From contig JBDRJV010000007.1 of the NCBI GenBank assembly GCA_043814605.1, positions 195,354 through 259,353 of the forward strand: a stretch of DNA of 64,000 bases. The letters are read 5' to 3'. Both the position numbers and the translations under genes were made by a program. This DNA is from Candidatus Omnitrophota bacterium. Lineage in GTDB: Bacteria > Omnitrophota > Gorgyraeia > B26-G9. Positions 9,712-20,281 of this stretch are shown here, one piece after another. How positions within the stretch are numbered: the stretch's first letter is position 1; the number at the start of each line of letters is the position of its first letter. The notes under the pieces are model-generated. The model made no database searches. It saw only the letters and a program-made list of their open reading frames with translations, and was not told the origin of the DNA.

Positions 9712-11502
9712 ATGAATAAAAAATACATTAGAAATTTTTCAATAATTGCGCATATTGATCATGGTAAATCTACTTTAGCCGACCGTTTGCTGGAAATTAC
9801 GCAAACAATTGAAAAACGGGAATTTCATGACCAATTATTAGATGATATGGAATTAGAAAGGGAAAGGGGCATTACAATTAAAGCCTCAGCCGTAAGATTA
9901 ATATATCAAGCACAGGATGGGAAAAAATATCAGTTAAATCTTATTGATACGCCTGGCCATGTCGATTTCAGTTATGAAGTTGCTAAGTCTCTTTCTGCGT
10001 GTGAGGGTGCACTTTTACTGGTGGATGCGGTGCAGGGGATTGAAGCGCAAACTGTGGCTAATTATTATTTGGCATCTGAGCAGAAATTGAAGATAATTCC
10101 TGTGATTAATAAGATTGATTTGCCGCATGCGCAGCCAGAAATGATTAAGCATCAAATTCAAGATATCCTTTGTTTAGATGATGAACCGATTCTAACCAGT
10201 GCGAAAGAAGGAATTGGGTCGGAACAAATTTTAGAAGAAATAATCCATAAAATCCCACCGCCAGGGGGTAAAGAGGGTAATCCCTTACAAGCTTTGATTT
10301 TTGATTCGGTTTTTGATAATTATAAAGGCGTTATCGTATATGTGCGTATTGTTAATGGCCAGGTTAAGCCACGCATGCATATTCAGTTTATGGGTTCCGG
10401 CAAAAGGTTTGAGGTTTTAGAAACAGGGTTTTTTTCGCCAAAGATGGTAAAAGCCGATGAGCTTAATTGCGGGGAGGTCGGTTATATTTGCGGTAATATA
10501 AAAAATCCGGAAGAAGTTCTAATTGGCGATACAATTACTGATTTTAAAAATCCCGCCTTGAAAGCATTGCCGGGATTTAAAGAAAATCACCCGCTGGTTT
10601 TTTGCGGGCTATATCCTGTTAACAGTACGGATTTTGATAAACTTCGCGATGCTTTAAATAAATTAAAGTTAACAGATTTTGGTTTTATTTTCGAACCAGA
10701 AAGCAGTAGTTCTTTAGGGTTTGGTTTTAGATGCGGATTTTTAGGATTATTACATATGGATATTGTGCAAGAACGCTTAGAACGTGAATTTGAATTAAAT
10801 TTAGTAGCGACAACTCCCAGTGTGGTTTACCGTGTTTTAAAAAACACAGGGGAAGTCATTGATGTTGATAACCCCTCAAAATTTCCGGATCCTTCGCAAA
10901 TTCAGCATATTGAAGAGCCCTACATAAAATCGTTTATGATTGTTCCGAACGAATCTTTAGGGGTAGTACTAAGTTTAGCGCAGTCTAAAAGAGGGGTACA
11001 TTTAAATAAGGAATTTTTGGATGAAAAAAGAATGATGCTTACCTATGAATTTCCCTTAGCCGAGATTATTGTCGATTTTTATGACAAATTGAAATCTACA
11101 ACTAAAGGCTATGGATCTCTCGATTACGAATTTATTGGTTACCGTGTAACTAAACTTGTAAAATTAGATATTTTAATTAACGGAGAACCTTGTGATGCAC
11201 TTTCTTTTCTGGTGCATAAGGATGGAGCGCATTATAAGGGGCGTGAGGTAGTAAAAAAACTGCGTGAGGTTATTCCGCGTCAATTGTATGAGGTTGCTAT
11301 TCAAGCGGCAATCGGCTCGCGCGTAATTGCCCGGGAAACGGTTAAAGCTATGGGCAAAAATGTAACGGCAAAATGCTACGGCGGTGATATTACACGCAAG
11401 AGAAAGCTCTTAGAAAAACAAAAAATGGGGCGAAAAAGAATGAAACAATTTGGCCGCGTACAAATACCGCAAGAAGCATTTATGGCGGTACTTAAACTTT
11501 AA
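9712..11502 (+). CDS. lepA: Elongation factor 4
   Basis: [41 protein letters not shown]. Confidence 0.98.
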   Translation: MNKKYIRNFSIIAHIDHGKSTLADRLLEITQTIEKREFHDQLLDDMELERERGITIKASAVRLIYQAQDGKKYQLNLIDTPGHVDFSYEVAKSLSACEGALLLVDAVQGIEAQTVANYYLASEQKLKIIPVINKIDLPHAQPEMIKHQIQDILCLDDEPILTSAKEGIGSEQILEEIIHKIPPPGGKEGNPLQALIFDSVFDNYKGVIVYVRIVNGQVKPRMHIQFMGSGKRFEVLETGFFSPKMVKADELNCGEVGYICGNIKNPEEVLIGDTITDFKNPALKALPGFKENHPLVFCGLYPVNSTDFDKLRDALNKLKLTDFGFIFEPESSSSLGFGFRCGFLGLLHMDIVQERLEREFELNLVATTPSVVYRVLKNTGEVIDVDNPSKFPDPSQIQHIEEPYIKSFMIVPNESLGVVLSLAQSKRGVHLNKEFLDEKRMMLTYEFPLAEIIVDFYDKLKSTTKGYGSLDYEFIGYRVTKLVKLDILINGEPCDALSFLVHKDGAHYKGREVVKKLREVIPRQLYEVAIQAAIGSRVIARETVKAMGKNVTAKCYGGDITRKRKLLEKQKMGRKRMKQFGRVQIPQEAFMAVLKL

Positions 11503-11559
11503 GGGAATGCTTTTATAAATTTAGCAATGTGAAAATATAAGTAAAAGGAGAAAATTTTA

Positions 11560-12120
11560 ATGTTCCTAAAAATCAAAACATTTTTTAATAATCATAAGCA
11601 AGATATTCGCGAATATGCAGAATCCTTATTAATCGCATTTGTTTTAGCTATGGTTATTCGGGCATTTGTAGTACAAGCGTTTAAAATCCCCACTGGCTCA
11701 ATGATTCCTACGCTGATTGAGGAAGACAGAATTTTGGTTAACAAATTTATTTATTGGTTTCGGCCCCCGGAACGGGGTGAAGTTATTGTTTTTAAGTATC
11801 CGGAAGATACTAGTCTGGCATTTATAAAAAGATTAATTGGGTGTGCAGAAGAAGAATTAGAGATAAAAAATGGAAAAATTTTTATTAATAATGAAAAAAT
11901 TTTAAATACGAAAATAAATTCTCGTTTTTATTATAACCGGGGCGATTTCGGGGGGATTGATCAAAAAATAAAAATTCCAAAAGACGCTTTGTATGTTTTA
12001 GGTGATAATAGCAATAATAGCCGAGATTCTAGATACTGGGGATTTGTGCCGAAAAAAAATTTGATCGGCAAGGCAATTTTAATTTATTGGCCGCTGCAGC
12101 GTATGCGTTTGATCGAATAA
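11560..12120 (+). CDS. lepB: Signal peptidase I
   Basis: IPTGSMIPTL, FIKRLIG, GDNSNNSRDSRYWGFVP. Confidence 0.96.
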   Translation: MFLKIKTFFNNHKQDIREYAESLLIAFVLAMVIRAFVVQAFKIPTGSMIPTLIEEDRILVNKFIYWFRPPERGEVIVFKYPEDTSLAFIKRLIGCAEEELEIKNGKIFINNEKILNTKINSRFYYNRGDFGGIDQKIKIPKDALYVLGDNSNNSRDSRYWGFVPKKNLIGKAILIYWPLQRMRLIE

Positions 12121-12157
12121 CTAAGTTAATTTTTGAGTAAAGGATATTTTTAAACAT

Positions 12158-12715
12158 ATGAATTTAGCAAATTGGATTTCTATATTTAGAATAATTTTAA
12201 TCCCTATTTTTATTAGCACAATTGTTTATTATAGTCCGGGGAAGGATTACCTGCGTTTTTTAGCATTAATAATATTTGTTACTGCAGTTTTGAGTGATGG
12301 GATTGACGGTTATATTGCTCGGACAAAAAAGCTTAAGACCAGATTAGGATCTTTTCTCGATCCTTTAGCGGATAAATTATTACTGAGTTCAAGTTTTATT
12401 ACTCTGGCGCTGGCACACAATATTCCCCTGGAAATCCGTTTGCCCTTATGGGTGCCGATTCTTGTTTTATCACGCGATATAATTTTAACCTTAGGTTCTC
12501 TTTTAATTCACGTAATTACTGGTGATTTAAAAATTACGCCAAGTATTTTAGGTAAATTGACAACTTTTTTCCAGATGGTAACTATAGTTTGTATTCTTTT
12601 ACAATACCATTTTTCTTTTATTGTGTGGCACATTGCCGTATTCTTTACGATTGTTTCCGGCTTTGATTATATCATAAAAGGTAATAAGATTATCAGTGCT
12701 TATACGGATCATTAA
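12158..12715 (+). CDS. pgsA: CDP-alcohol phosphatidyltransferase (PgsA-like)
   Basis: DGIDGYIAR...LGSFLDPLADK motif. Confidence 0.85.
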   Translation: MNLANWISIFRIILIPIFISTIVYYSPGKDYLRFLALIIFVTAVLSDGIDGYIARTKKLKTRLGSFLDPLADKLLLSSSFITLALAHNIPLEIRLPLWVPILVLSRDIILTLGSLLIHVITGDLKITPSILGKLTTFFQMVTIVCILLQYHFSFIVWHIAVFFTIVSGFDYIIKGNKIISAYTDH

Positions 12716-12774
12716 ATTAAATTTAATTTTAAACTGAGATGTTGCTCAGAATAGCTAACAAAGGGCAAGGCGAT

Positions 12775-14085
12775 ATGAAAAATTTGGTAGTAATAATCGG
12801 GCGGCCGAATGTGGGAAAATCTTGTTTATTTAACCGGTTTTTAGGTAAGCGTCGGGCAATTGTTGAATCAACCAGCGGTGTAACGCGGGACCGGGCTTAT
12901 GCGAGTGTGCAGTGGGGAAAAAAAGAATTTCAGCTTGTTGATACCGGCGGGATTCATTTTAAAACAAATTGTGCAATTACAAACGCAGTGTTCAGCCAAG
13001 CTCAAAAGGCATTAAAAGATGCTGATTTAATTTTATTAGTTGTTGATTGTAATTCCGGGATGGTTGTTCAAGATTATGAAATTATTGAATTTATGCGAAA
13101 ATTTAAAAAAAATGTCATTCTGGTTGTCAATAAAACTGACAATATGGTCAAAATTAATAATATTAATGAATTTTATAAGGCGGGTTTCGAGAAAGTTAAA
13201 TTTATTTCTGCATTGCACGGTTTAAATATTGACGAATTATGCGATGAAGTTGTTCAGGAATTAAACTTAGAAGATAATCAGAATCAGGCCGCTGATACCC
13301 TGTTAAAGGTGGCAATTATCGGGCGGCCGAATGTGGGAAAATCATCTTTTTTAAATAAATTATTAAAAGAAGAACGGGTGATTGTCGATGATATTCCCGG
13401 GACAACCCGCGATTCAATTGATAGTATCTTGACTTTAGATTCAGCGCGATATCTCATGATTGATACTGCGGGTATTCGGCACCGAAAGCGTCCACATACA
13501 GGAATTGATATTTTTTCCCGTTCCCGGACAATTGATTCGATAAAAAGAGCGGATATATGTATCGTGATCATTAATGCAAAAGAGGGTATAATGCGGGATG
13601 ACCTGCATATTTTTAACTTAATTAAAACAGAAGAAAAATGCTGTGTGATTGTTATTAATAAATGTGATTTAGTAAACTTAAAATTAGAGGACTGCTTATA
13701 CACTTTAAACAAAAAAGCTCCTTATATGAAATTCGCATTTTGTGTTTTATGTTCGGCTAAGAACGGCAAAAATATTAAATTTGCACTTAAATTAGTAACC
13801 CATGCCTGGGAAAATAGTCAGAAAAAAATAAAACAAAATAAACTGGCTAAAACATTAGAATTAATTAATACACACTTAAAACAAAAACATGCAGAAATAT
13901 CTTTAAAACTGCATTATTTGACACAAATTAAAATTAATCCGCCAACTTTTGTTTTGATTGTTAATCGACCGGAATTGGTAAAAGCGCAATTTTTAAGGTT
14001 TATGGAAAACTGGATAAGAAAGGACTATAATCTACAAGGAACTCCGATTCGTTTTGTAATTAAAAAGAAAAGGAGAAAAAAATAA
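12775..14085 (+). CDS. der: Ribosome biogenesis GTPase Der
   Basis: Two GRPNVGKS P-loops, DTGG/DTAG, C-terminal KH-like domain with PPTF and GTPIR. Start taken at ATG 12775. Confidence 0.95.
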   Translation: MKNLVVIIGRPNVGKSCLFNRFLGKRRAIVESTSGVTRDRAYASVQWGKKEFQLVDTGGIHFKTNCAITNAVFSQAQKALKDADLILLVVDCNSGMVVQDYEIIEFMRKFKKNVILVVNKTDNMVKINNINEFYKAGFEKVKFISALHGLNIDELCDEVVQELNLEDNQNQAADTLLKVAIIGRPNVGKSSFLNKLLKEERVIVDDIPGTTRDSIDSILTLDSARYLMIDTAGIRHRKRPHTGIDIFSRSRTIDSIKRADICIVIINAKEGIMRDDLHIFNLIKTEEKCCVIVINKCDLVNLKLEDCLYTLNKKAPYMKFAFCVLCSAKNGKNIKFALKLVTHAWENSQKKIKQNKLAKTLELINTHLKQKHAEISLKLHYLTQIKINPPTFVLIVNRPELVKAQFLRFMENWIRKDYNLQGTPIRFVIKKKRRKK

Positions 14086-14086
14086 A

Positions 14087-14712
14087 ATGCAGATAATATC
14101 TATTTTTAAGGTTTTGGCGGGTATGTTGATTTGTTATTTATTAGGAGCGGTTCCTGTGGCTTACCTAATGGTTAAAGCATTAAAAGGAGTGGATATCCGT
14201 GATTATGGCAGTGGTAATGTCGGGGCAACAAATGCCGCACGCGTGATTGGCAAGCTGCCTGCATTAGCCGTATTATGTTTTGACCTGGTTAAAGGAATTA
14301 TTGCGGTTACCTTGATCAGTTTTATTTTTACTTCCCTGCCGGGTATTTCTGATGAAGGGATTAAAGCTTTATTTGGCTTGAGTGTAGTTTGCGGGCACAT
14401 TTTTAATGTGTTTTTAAATTTTAAAGCTGGTAAAGGGGAGCCACAAGTGTCGGGGTAATTTTTGCTTTGGCGCCTTTGCCGATGTTTATGGGCATAATTA
14501 TTTTTGTTTTACTGGTTTGGTTTTTTAGATATATTTCTTTAGGTTCAATTGTGGTGAGCATGTTTCTGCCGTTTATCATGTTTTGGTCACATTGTCATTA
14601 TGCTTACGTAATTTTAAGTGCAGTTTTGTCAGTGATTATAGTATTTAAACATAAATCTAACATAAAAAGATTAATTATAGGCCGGGAAAGAAAGGTTTTT
14701 GAAAAAAAATGA
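14087..14712 (+). pseudogene. plsY: Glycerol-3-phosphate acyltransferase PlsY, split by a 1-nt frameshift at about 14438 (real lesion or sequencing error)
   Basis: GSGNVGATN in the first ORF and H..NIKRL in the second. Adding one base after 14438 restores GKGVATSVG in frame. Confidence 0.9.
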
Positions 14713-15737
14713 AGATATCGGTGATTGGCGATGGAGGATGGGGTACGGCATTAGCAATACTTTTGGCTAAAAATAAGCAAAAAGTTAGGTTATGGGGTGC
14801 ATTTGGTGATTATGTTAAAATGCTTAATAAGAAAAGAGAAAACATAAAGTTTTTGCCTGGCGTTAAAATTCCGAAGAGTATCGAAATCTCCGCAGATTTA
14901 GCTTATGTATGTATTGATGCGGAATTAATTATTCTTGCTGTGCCGTCACAATTTATGCGTATTATTTTAAAGAAAATATCTGATTATACAACAGCAGATA
15001 TGAAATTTTTAAGTGTCGCCAAAGGGATTGAATACAAAACATTACAATGTATGAGTGATGTTATTTATGAAGAGATCAGCCGAAAAATAAGGCAGGAAAA
15101 TCAAAGCGGAAAAAAAAGAAAAGAAGTGAACTTGGCTGTGCTTTCTGGCCCTAATATTGCTTATGAGGTTGCCCGCAATATACCTTCTGCTTGTGTGTGT
15201 GCTTCAAATAACAAAAAATTAGCACAAGCTGTGCAAAATATTTTAATCAGCCCGACTTTCAGAGTATATACAAGCAATGATGTTTTAGGGGTTGAACTAG
15301 CCGGGGCATTGAAAAATATTATTGCCATTGCCTGTGGAATCTCGGACGGTTTAGGTTTTGGCGCGAATACCAAAGCCGCATTACTTACACGCGGTTTAAA
15401 TGAGATTAGTAGCCTGGGTATAGCGATGGGAGCTAAATACAAAACATTTAGCGGGCTTTCGGGAATCGGCGATCTAGTAACAACATGTTTTAGTTTAAAA
15501 AGCCGTAATCGCTGGTTAGGAGAACAATTAGGTAAAGGCAAAACATTAATTAATGCACTTAAGGGTACTGAAATGGTTATGGAAGGGGTAATAACCACAA
15601 AAACAGCTTTAAAACTGGCGGATAAATATTCTGTAACTATGCCGATTACCTATGAAGTTTCCCGGGTTTTATTCCATAAAAAAAATCCGGTAGATGCGCT
15701 GAATTCATTAATGTTAAGAGAAAAAAAACAGGAATAA
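14709..15737 (+). CDS. gpsA: NAD(P)H-dependent glycerol-3-phosphate dehydrogenase
   Basis: GDGGWGTALA, LSGPNIA, GALKNIIAIA, GDLVTTC, SRNR. Confidence 0.96.
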   Translation: MKISVIGDGGWGTALAILLAKNKQKVRLWGAFGDYVKMLNKKRENIKFLPGVKIPKSIEISADLAYVCIDAELIILAVPSQFMRIILKKISDYTTADMKFLSVAKGIEYKTLQCMSDVIYEEISRKIRQENQSGKKRKEVNLAVLSGPNIAYEVARNIPSACVCASNNKKLAQAVQNILISPTFRVYTSNDVLGVELAGALKNIIAIACGISDGLGFGANTKAALLTRGLNEISSLGIAMGAKYKTFSGLSGIGDLVTTCFSLKSRNRWLGEQLGKGKTLINALKGTEMVMEGVITTKTALKLADKYSVTMPITYEVSRVLFHKKNPVDALNSLMLREKKQE

Positions 15738-15896
15738 TTAATGTTTTAAGTTCGAGTTATTTTATACACAGAACTTGCCAAAATCAATTTATTCCTGAGG
15801 TATTAGAAATTTGGGAGAATATTTTGCTTGAATTTTTAGGAATTCTGTAGTAGTGTAGGTTCTAACTTGCTGTATTCATAGACAATAGAGAAATGA

Positions 15897-15974
15897 CGGG
15901 GCGTGGCGCAGTTTGGCTAGCGCGCTTGAATGGGGTTCAAGAGGTCGGTGGTTCAAGTCCACTCGCCCCGACCA
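15897..15974 (+). tRNA. tRNA-Pro(GGG)
   Basis: CGGGGCG/CGCCCCG acceptor stem, anticodon stem CTTGA-ATGGGGT-TCAAG, T arm GGTGG-TTCAAGT-CCACT, encoded CCA. Confidence 0.96.
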
Positions 15975-16005
15975 GATAACTGAATCATTAATAAATTTTA
16001 ACATT

Positions 16006-16452
16006 ATGAAAAACCAGGAGTTAAAGGTAAGCCAAAAAATAAATTTTAAAGAGCAACGGAAATTTGTCCGGATCGATGCAAATTTTGTAGTAAGCTATTA
16101 TATTTATCCGAAACATATTAAAGAAACAGATATGACCCTAACTCGTAATTTAAGTTTAGGAGGGATTTGTTTTACCACGGATAAACATTTTCCTCCGGGG
16201 ATAATTTTGCAGATTACTTTAAGATTGCCTAAAATCTCTCATCTTGTTAAAATTTTAGGTGAAGTGGTTTATGTAAAACAGGAAAAAAATAAAAAAATAC
16301 TTTTTGATATCGGAATTAAATTTGTACAAATCAAAGAAGAAGATATTGTTACGCTTGAGGAAATAATTAATAATTGTGCTTCAGAGCTTAAAAAAATTAA
16401 TTTTAATCTTCAAAAAAAGAAAAAAAAAGAAAAAAGAAATGAAAATCATTAA
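16006..16452 (+). CDS. PilZ-domain protein (c-di-GMP receptor)
   Basis: RKFVR (RxxxR) and NLSLGG (D/NxSxxG) motifs. Start moved to ATG 16006 because the longer ORF reads through the tRNA. Confidence 0.88.
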   Translation: MKNQELKVSQKINFKEQRKFVRIDANFVVSYYIYPKHIKETDMTLTRNLSLGGICFTTDKHFPPGIILQITLRLPKISHLVKILGEVVYVKQEKNKKILFDIGIKFVQIKEEDIVTLEEIINNCASELKKINFNLQKKKKKEKRNENH

Positions 16453-17734
16453 TGTGGGATTAATAGGGCTGGGGACAGTCGGTTGCGGAGTAGTTAAGGT
16501 TTTTGAGAAAAAATCGGAGATTCTCCAAAAAAAGCTGGGGATTAAGCTGGTTTTAAAACGTATCTGTGATATTGATTTAACCCGCCCCAGAGATGTGAAT
16601 ATTGACTCTAATATTTTAACCTCAGATGTAAATCAATTACTTGAGGATGACCAAATTCAAATTATTATTGAATTAATCGGTGGAATTCATCCGGCGAAGA
16701 GTTATGTTGTTCGCGCCTTAAAAAATAAAAAATATGTAGTTACAGCCAATAAAGCTCTTTTAGCCGAAGCCGGGGAAGAGATCTTTAATATTGCCCGTGA
16801 GAATGCAGTGGACGTGTATTTTGAAGCTAGTGTGGGTGGCGGCATACCGATTATCAAGGCATTAAAAGAAGGGTTTGTGGCTAATCAGGTTGAAGGAATA
16901 TTCGGAATAATTAACGGCACAAGTAATTATATTCTTACCCAAATGTCTCAAAAGGGATGTGAATTTAAAATTGCTTTAACTGAGGCACAAAAAAAAGGTT
17001 ATGCAGAGAAGGATCCCACTTTAGATATTGACGGGCTGGATTCGGCGCATAAAATAGCAATTTTAGCCCAACTCTGCTTTAACCAATCTATCCAGACAAA
17101 AGATGTTTTTGTGGAGGGGATCAGAGATATTGATTTAAGTGATATTAGATATGCAGATGAACTGGGGTTTTGTGTGAAACTTTTAGCAATTGCAAAAAAA
17201 AACGGTAATGAATTACAATTGCGGGTGCATCCCACACTTTTATCAAAAAGGAGTTTATTGGCTAAAATTAATGGCGTATATAATGCAATTTTAATTAATG
17301 CAGATTTAGTCGGAGAATGCTTGTTCTACGGCCAGGGAGCCGGGCAAGCACCGACGGCAAGCGCGGTAATGAGCGATATAGTATGTGTGGCTATGAATAT
17401 ATCCGGCGAAATTTTGGCGGATAAAAATATCCCCGAAATAAAAAATAGCACAGAAAAAATTTCGTCAATTGATGATCTGGAAACCCGCTATTATATGCGG
17501 TTTGCGGCATTGGATGAGCCGGCGGTTTTATCCAGTATTGCCACAATACTGGGTAAATTCGGAATAAGCATTCATAGTGTCATACAAAAAGGCAGACGTC
17601 AGGAGCAGGCTGTGCCGATTGTGATGATGACACATGAAGCAAAAGAAAACAATTTAAAAAAGGCATTAGTTGAAATTGATCAACTACCCGTAATAAAAAG
17701 GAAAACTGTAGTTATCCGGGTAGAAAGAAATTGA
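16439..17734 (+). CDS. hom: Homoserine dehydrogenase with ACT domain
   Basis: GLGTVG, VVTANKA, FEASVGGGIP, GIINGTSNYIL; ATG at 16439. Confidence 0.96.
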   Translation: MKIINVGLIGLGTVGCGVVKVFEKKSEILQKKLGIKLVLKRICDIDLTRPRDVNIDSNILTSDVNQLLEDDQIQIIIELIGGIHPAKSYVVRALKNKKYVVTANKALLAEAGEEIFNIARENAVDVYFEASVGGGIPIIKALKEGFVANQVEGIFGIINGTSNYILTQMSQKGCEFKIALTEAQKKGYAEKDPTLDIDGLDSAHKIAILAQLCFNQSIQTKDVFVEGIRDIDLSDIRYADELGFCVKLLAIAKKNGNELQLRVHPTLLSKRSLLAKINGVYNAILINADLVGECLFYGQGAGQAPTASAVMSDIVCVAMNISGEILADKNIPEIKNSTEKISSIDDLETRYYMRFAALDEPAVLSSIATILGKFGISIHSVIQKGRRQEQAVPIVMMTHEAKENNLKKALVEIDQLPVIKRKTVVIRVERN

Positions 17735-17758
17735 AAAATCAACAAGGAAAAGTAAAAA

Positions 17759-18829
17759 ATGCATGGGCAATACAGAGGTTTGATTCATAAGTATCGCGAG
17801 TATCTTCCTGTATCGGATAAAACGCCGATTGTGACATTGCAGGAAGGAAACACGCCATTAATTTTTGCTCCGAATGTTAGTAAATTAGTGGGAGCGAATG
17901 TAGAGGTTTATCTTAAATATGAGGGAGTTAATCCTACAGGATCTTTTAAGGATCGGGGCATGACTTTAGCGATCTCTAAGGCACGGGAAGCGGGTTCTTG
18001 TGCAGTTATGTGTGCTTCTACCGGAAATACTTCAGCTTCGGCTGCAGCTTATAGTGCCTGTTGCGGGCTTAAATGCATTGTTTTGATCCCAGAGGGATCT
18101 ATTGCTTTAGGAAAATTAGCGCAAGCACTTATTCACGGGGCTGAAGTTTTAGCAGTTGAGGGAAATTTTGACCAGGCATTAGAACTTGTGCGTCAAATTA
18201 CCGAAAAGTACCAGGTAACTTTAGTAAATTCGCTAAATCCTTTTCGGATTCAGGGCCAAAAAACCGGAGCATTTGAAATTTGTGATTATTTAGAACAATC
18301 TCCTGATTTTTTAGCTATTCCAGTAGGCAATGCCGGAAATATTACTGCGTATTGGCAGGGTTTTAAGGAATATTATGAGAAGTCATTAATTAAAAAATTA
18401 CCAAGAATGTTAGGGTTTCAGGCTGCAGGTTCTGCGCCGATAGTGCGGGGTGAAGTTGTTCCTGATCCGAAAACAATTGCTACAGCAATTAAAATTGGTA
18501 ATCCGGCTAGTTGGCGCCAAGCAGAAGCCGCGCGGGATGATTCAGGCGGGCTTATTGATCTGGTCAGTGATGAAGAGATTTTAGACGCTTATAAAATTCT
18601 TGCCCGGCAGGAAGGTATTTTTGTTGAACCAGCATCAGCAGCTTCGATTGCCGGAATTATTAAATTGTCTCATGCAGGGTTTTTTAAAAAATTAGGTAAG
18701 ATTAAAATTGCCTGTATTTTAACTGGTCATGGGTTAAAAGACCCGGATCGGGCGATAAAATGTATCCAAGCGCCTAAAATTATTCCGCCCACGCTGGAAG
18801 CAGTATTAGAGGAAACAGGTATAAAATAA
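17759..18829 (+). CDS. thrC: Threonine synthase
   Basis: EGNTPL, NPTGSFKDRG, CASTGNTSAS, PVGNAGN, TGHGLKDP. Confidence 0.96.
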   Translation: MHGQYRGLIHKYREYLPVSDKTPIVTLQEGNTPLIFAPNVSKLVGANVEVYLKYEGVNPTGSFKDRGMTLAISKAREAGSCAVMCASTGNTSASAAAYSACCGLKCIVLIPEGSIALGKLAQALIHGAEVLAVEGNFDQALELVRQITEKYQVTLVNSLNPFRIQGQKTGAFEICDYLEQSPDFLAIPVGNAGNITAYWQGFKEYYEKSLIKKLPRMLGFQAAGSAPIVRGEVVPDPKTIATAIKIGNPASWRQAEAARDDSGGLIDLVSDEEILDAYKILARQEGIFVEPASAASIAGIIKLSHAGFFKKLGKIKIACILTGHGLKDPDRAIKCIQAPKIIPPTLEAVLEETGIK

Positions 18830-18868
18830 TTTTAACGTGATTAAAATTTAAATTAAAAAAATAAAAAA

Positions 18869-20089
18869 ATGAAAAATAAACGTAAAATAAAATATATAGT
18901 TTTAGTACCCGACGGAATGGCAGATTATCCATTAGAAGAATTAGGACAGCGTACGCCGCTTGAGGTTGCCAGAACTCCTAATATGGATAGTTTAGTACAA
19001 AAGGGCAGGATTGGACTATCCTCTTTTGTTCCCGAGGGGTTAACACCGGGAAGTGATGTGGCTAATTTAGCGATTTTTGGTTATGATCCTCAAAAATTTT
19101 ATTCCGGCCGCGCTTCTTTAGAAGCGGCAAATTTAGGGATTGATGTTAAGGATGACCAGATTGCGTTTCGCTGTAATTTTATTACGGAAGAAAATAATTT
19201 ACTGAGTGATTATAGTGCCGGGCATATTACGACAAAAGAAGCGCATGTTTTAATTAAGGTGCTTAATAAATATTTAGCTAATGATCAGCTGCGATTTTAC
19301 CCGGGAGTTAGTTATCGGCATTTAATGGTTATTTATAATCCCGGTAAAGAATTTCTAAAATTAAAATGCATACCGCCGCATGATATTATAGGTAAAAAAA
19401 TTTCTCAGTATTTACCGAAAGGTAAGGGTAAGGAAGAAATCCTGGAAATTATGATTAAATCGCAGGAAATTTTAAAAAATCATGAAATTAACCAGGTCAG
19501 GGTTGATTTAAAAGAAAATCCGGCAAATATGATTTGGCTGTGGGGCCAGGGTAAAAAAGTAGCCCTGCCTTCCTTTAAGACTAGATTTAATTTAGAAGGT
19601 TCAGTTATTTCAGCTGTAGATTTAATCAAAGGCATTGCTTGTTCCATTGGGCTTGAGCCAGTAAATGTACCTGGGGCAACCGGATATTATGATACAAATT
19701 ATGAAGCTAAGGCTGAGTATGCAATTAAAGAACTACACAATAAGGATTTTGTTTTTGTACATGTGGAAGCGCCGGATGAAGCTGGCCATAACGGAGATAC
19801 AAGAGAAAAAATTAAAGCAATTGAAAATTTTGATCGATATATTGTCAGCCGGGTTTTACAAGAGGCTGAAAACATGCCGAATATTCGTATATTAATCTGC
19901 CCGGATCATCCAACGCCGATTGCTTTAAAGACGCATACTGCTGATCCTGTGTGTTTTTTGATGTACGGACAGGGAATTTGTGCAGATAGCGCTCAGGTAT
20001 TCAATGAAAAAGAAGCTAAGCAAAGCAGTTTTATTTTTTCAAACGGGTTTGAATTAATGGAAACATTTATAAATAAAATTGAGATTTAA
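18869..20089 (+). CDS. ApgM-family cofactor-independent phosphoglycerate mutase / proposed homoserine kinase
   Basis: DGMAD, PGSDVANL, HVEAPDEAGH, PDHPTP; follows hom-thrC. Confidence 0.88.
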   Translation: MKNKRKIKYIVLVPDGMADYPLEELGQRTPLEVARTPNMDSLVQKGRIGLSSFVPEGLTPGSDVANLAIFGYDPQKFYSGRASLEAANLGIDVKDDQIAFRCNFITEENNLLSDYSAGHITTKEAHVLIKVLNKYLANDQLRFYPGVSYRHLMVIYNPGKEFLKLKCIPPHDIIGKKISQYLPKGKGKEEILEIMIKSQEILKNHEINQVRVDLKENPANMIWLWGQGKKVALPSFKTRFNLEGSVISAVDLIKGIACSIGLEPVNVPGATGYYDTNYEAKAEYAIKELHNKDFVFVHVEAPDEAGHNGDTREKIKAIENFDRYIVSRVLQEAENMPNIRILICPDHPTPIALKTHTADPVCFLMYGQGICADSAQVFNEKEAKQSSFIFSNGFELMETFINKIEI

Positions 20090-20201
20090 CATAATATTTA
20101 AGGCAACCTGCAATCTTATTTACTGCCTATTATAACTTAACTCATTAAATATTAAATACTTAAATGTTCATTTTTTTAAAATTAGAGCGTAGGGAAGGAG
20201 C

Positions 20202-20230
20202 TTGACAGAAGAAAATAAGTATGCTATACT
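20202..20230 (+). promoter_or_regulatory. Strong sigma70-type promoter with extended -10
   Basis: TTGACA-17 nt-TATACT with TG at 20222-20223. Confidence 0.8.
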
Positions 20231-20281
20231 TATTACAGAAGTTAATAAATCTTTTTATTAGTTTAAAAGAAGTTTAAAATT

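Noticed and set aside
15913-16005. N-terminal extension of the PilZ ORF (MASALEWGSRGRWFK...)
   Set aside because: It is translation through tRNA-Pro; the real start is probably ATG 16006.
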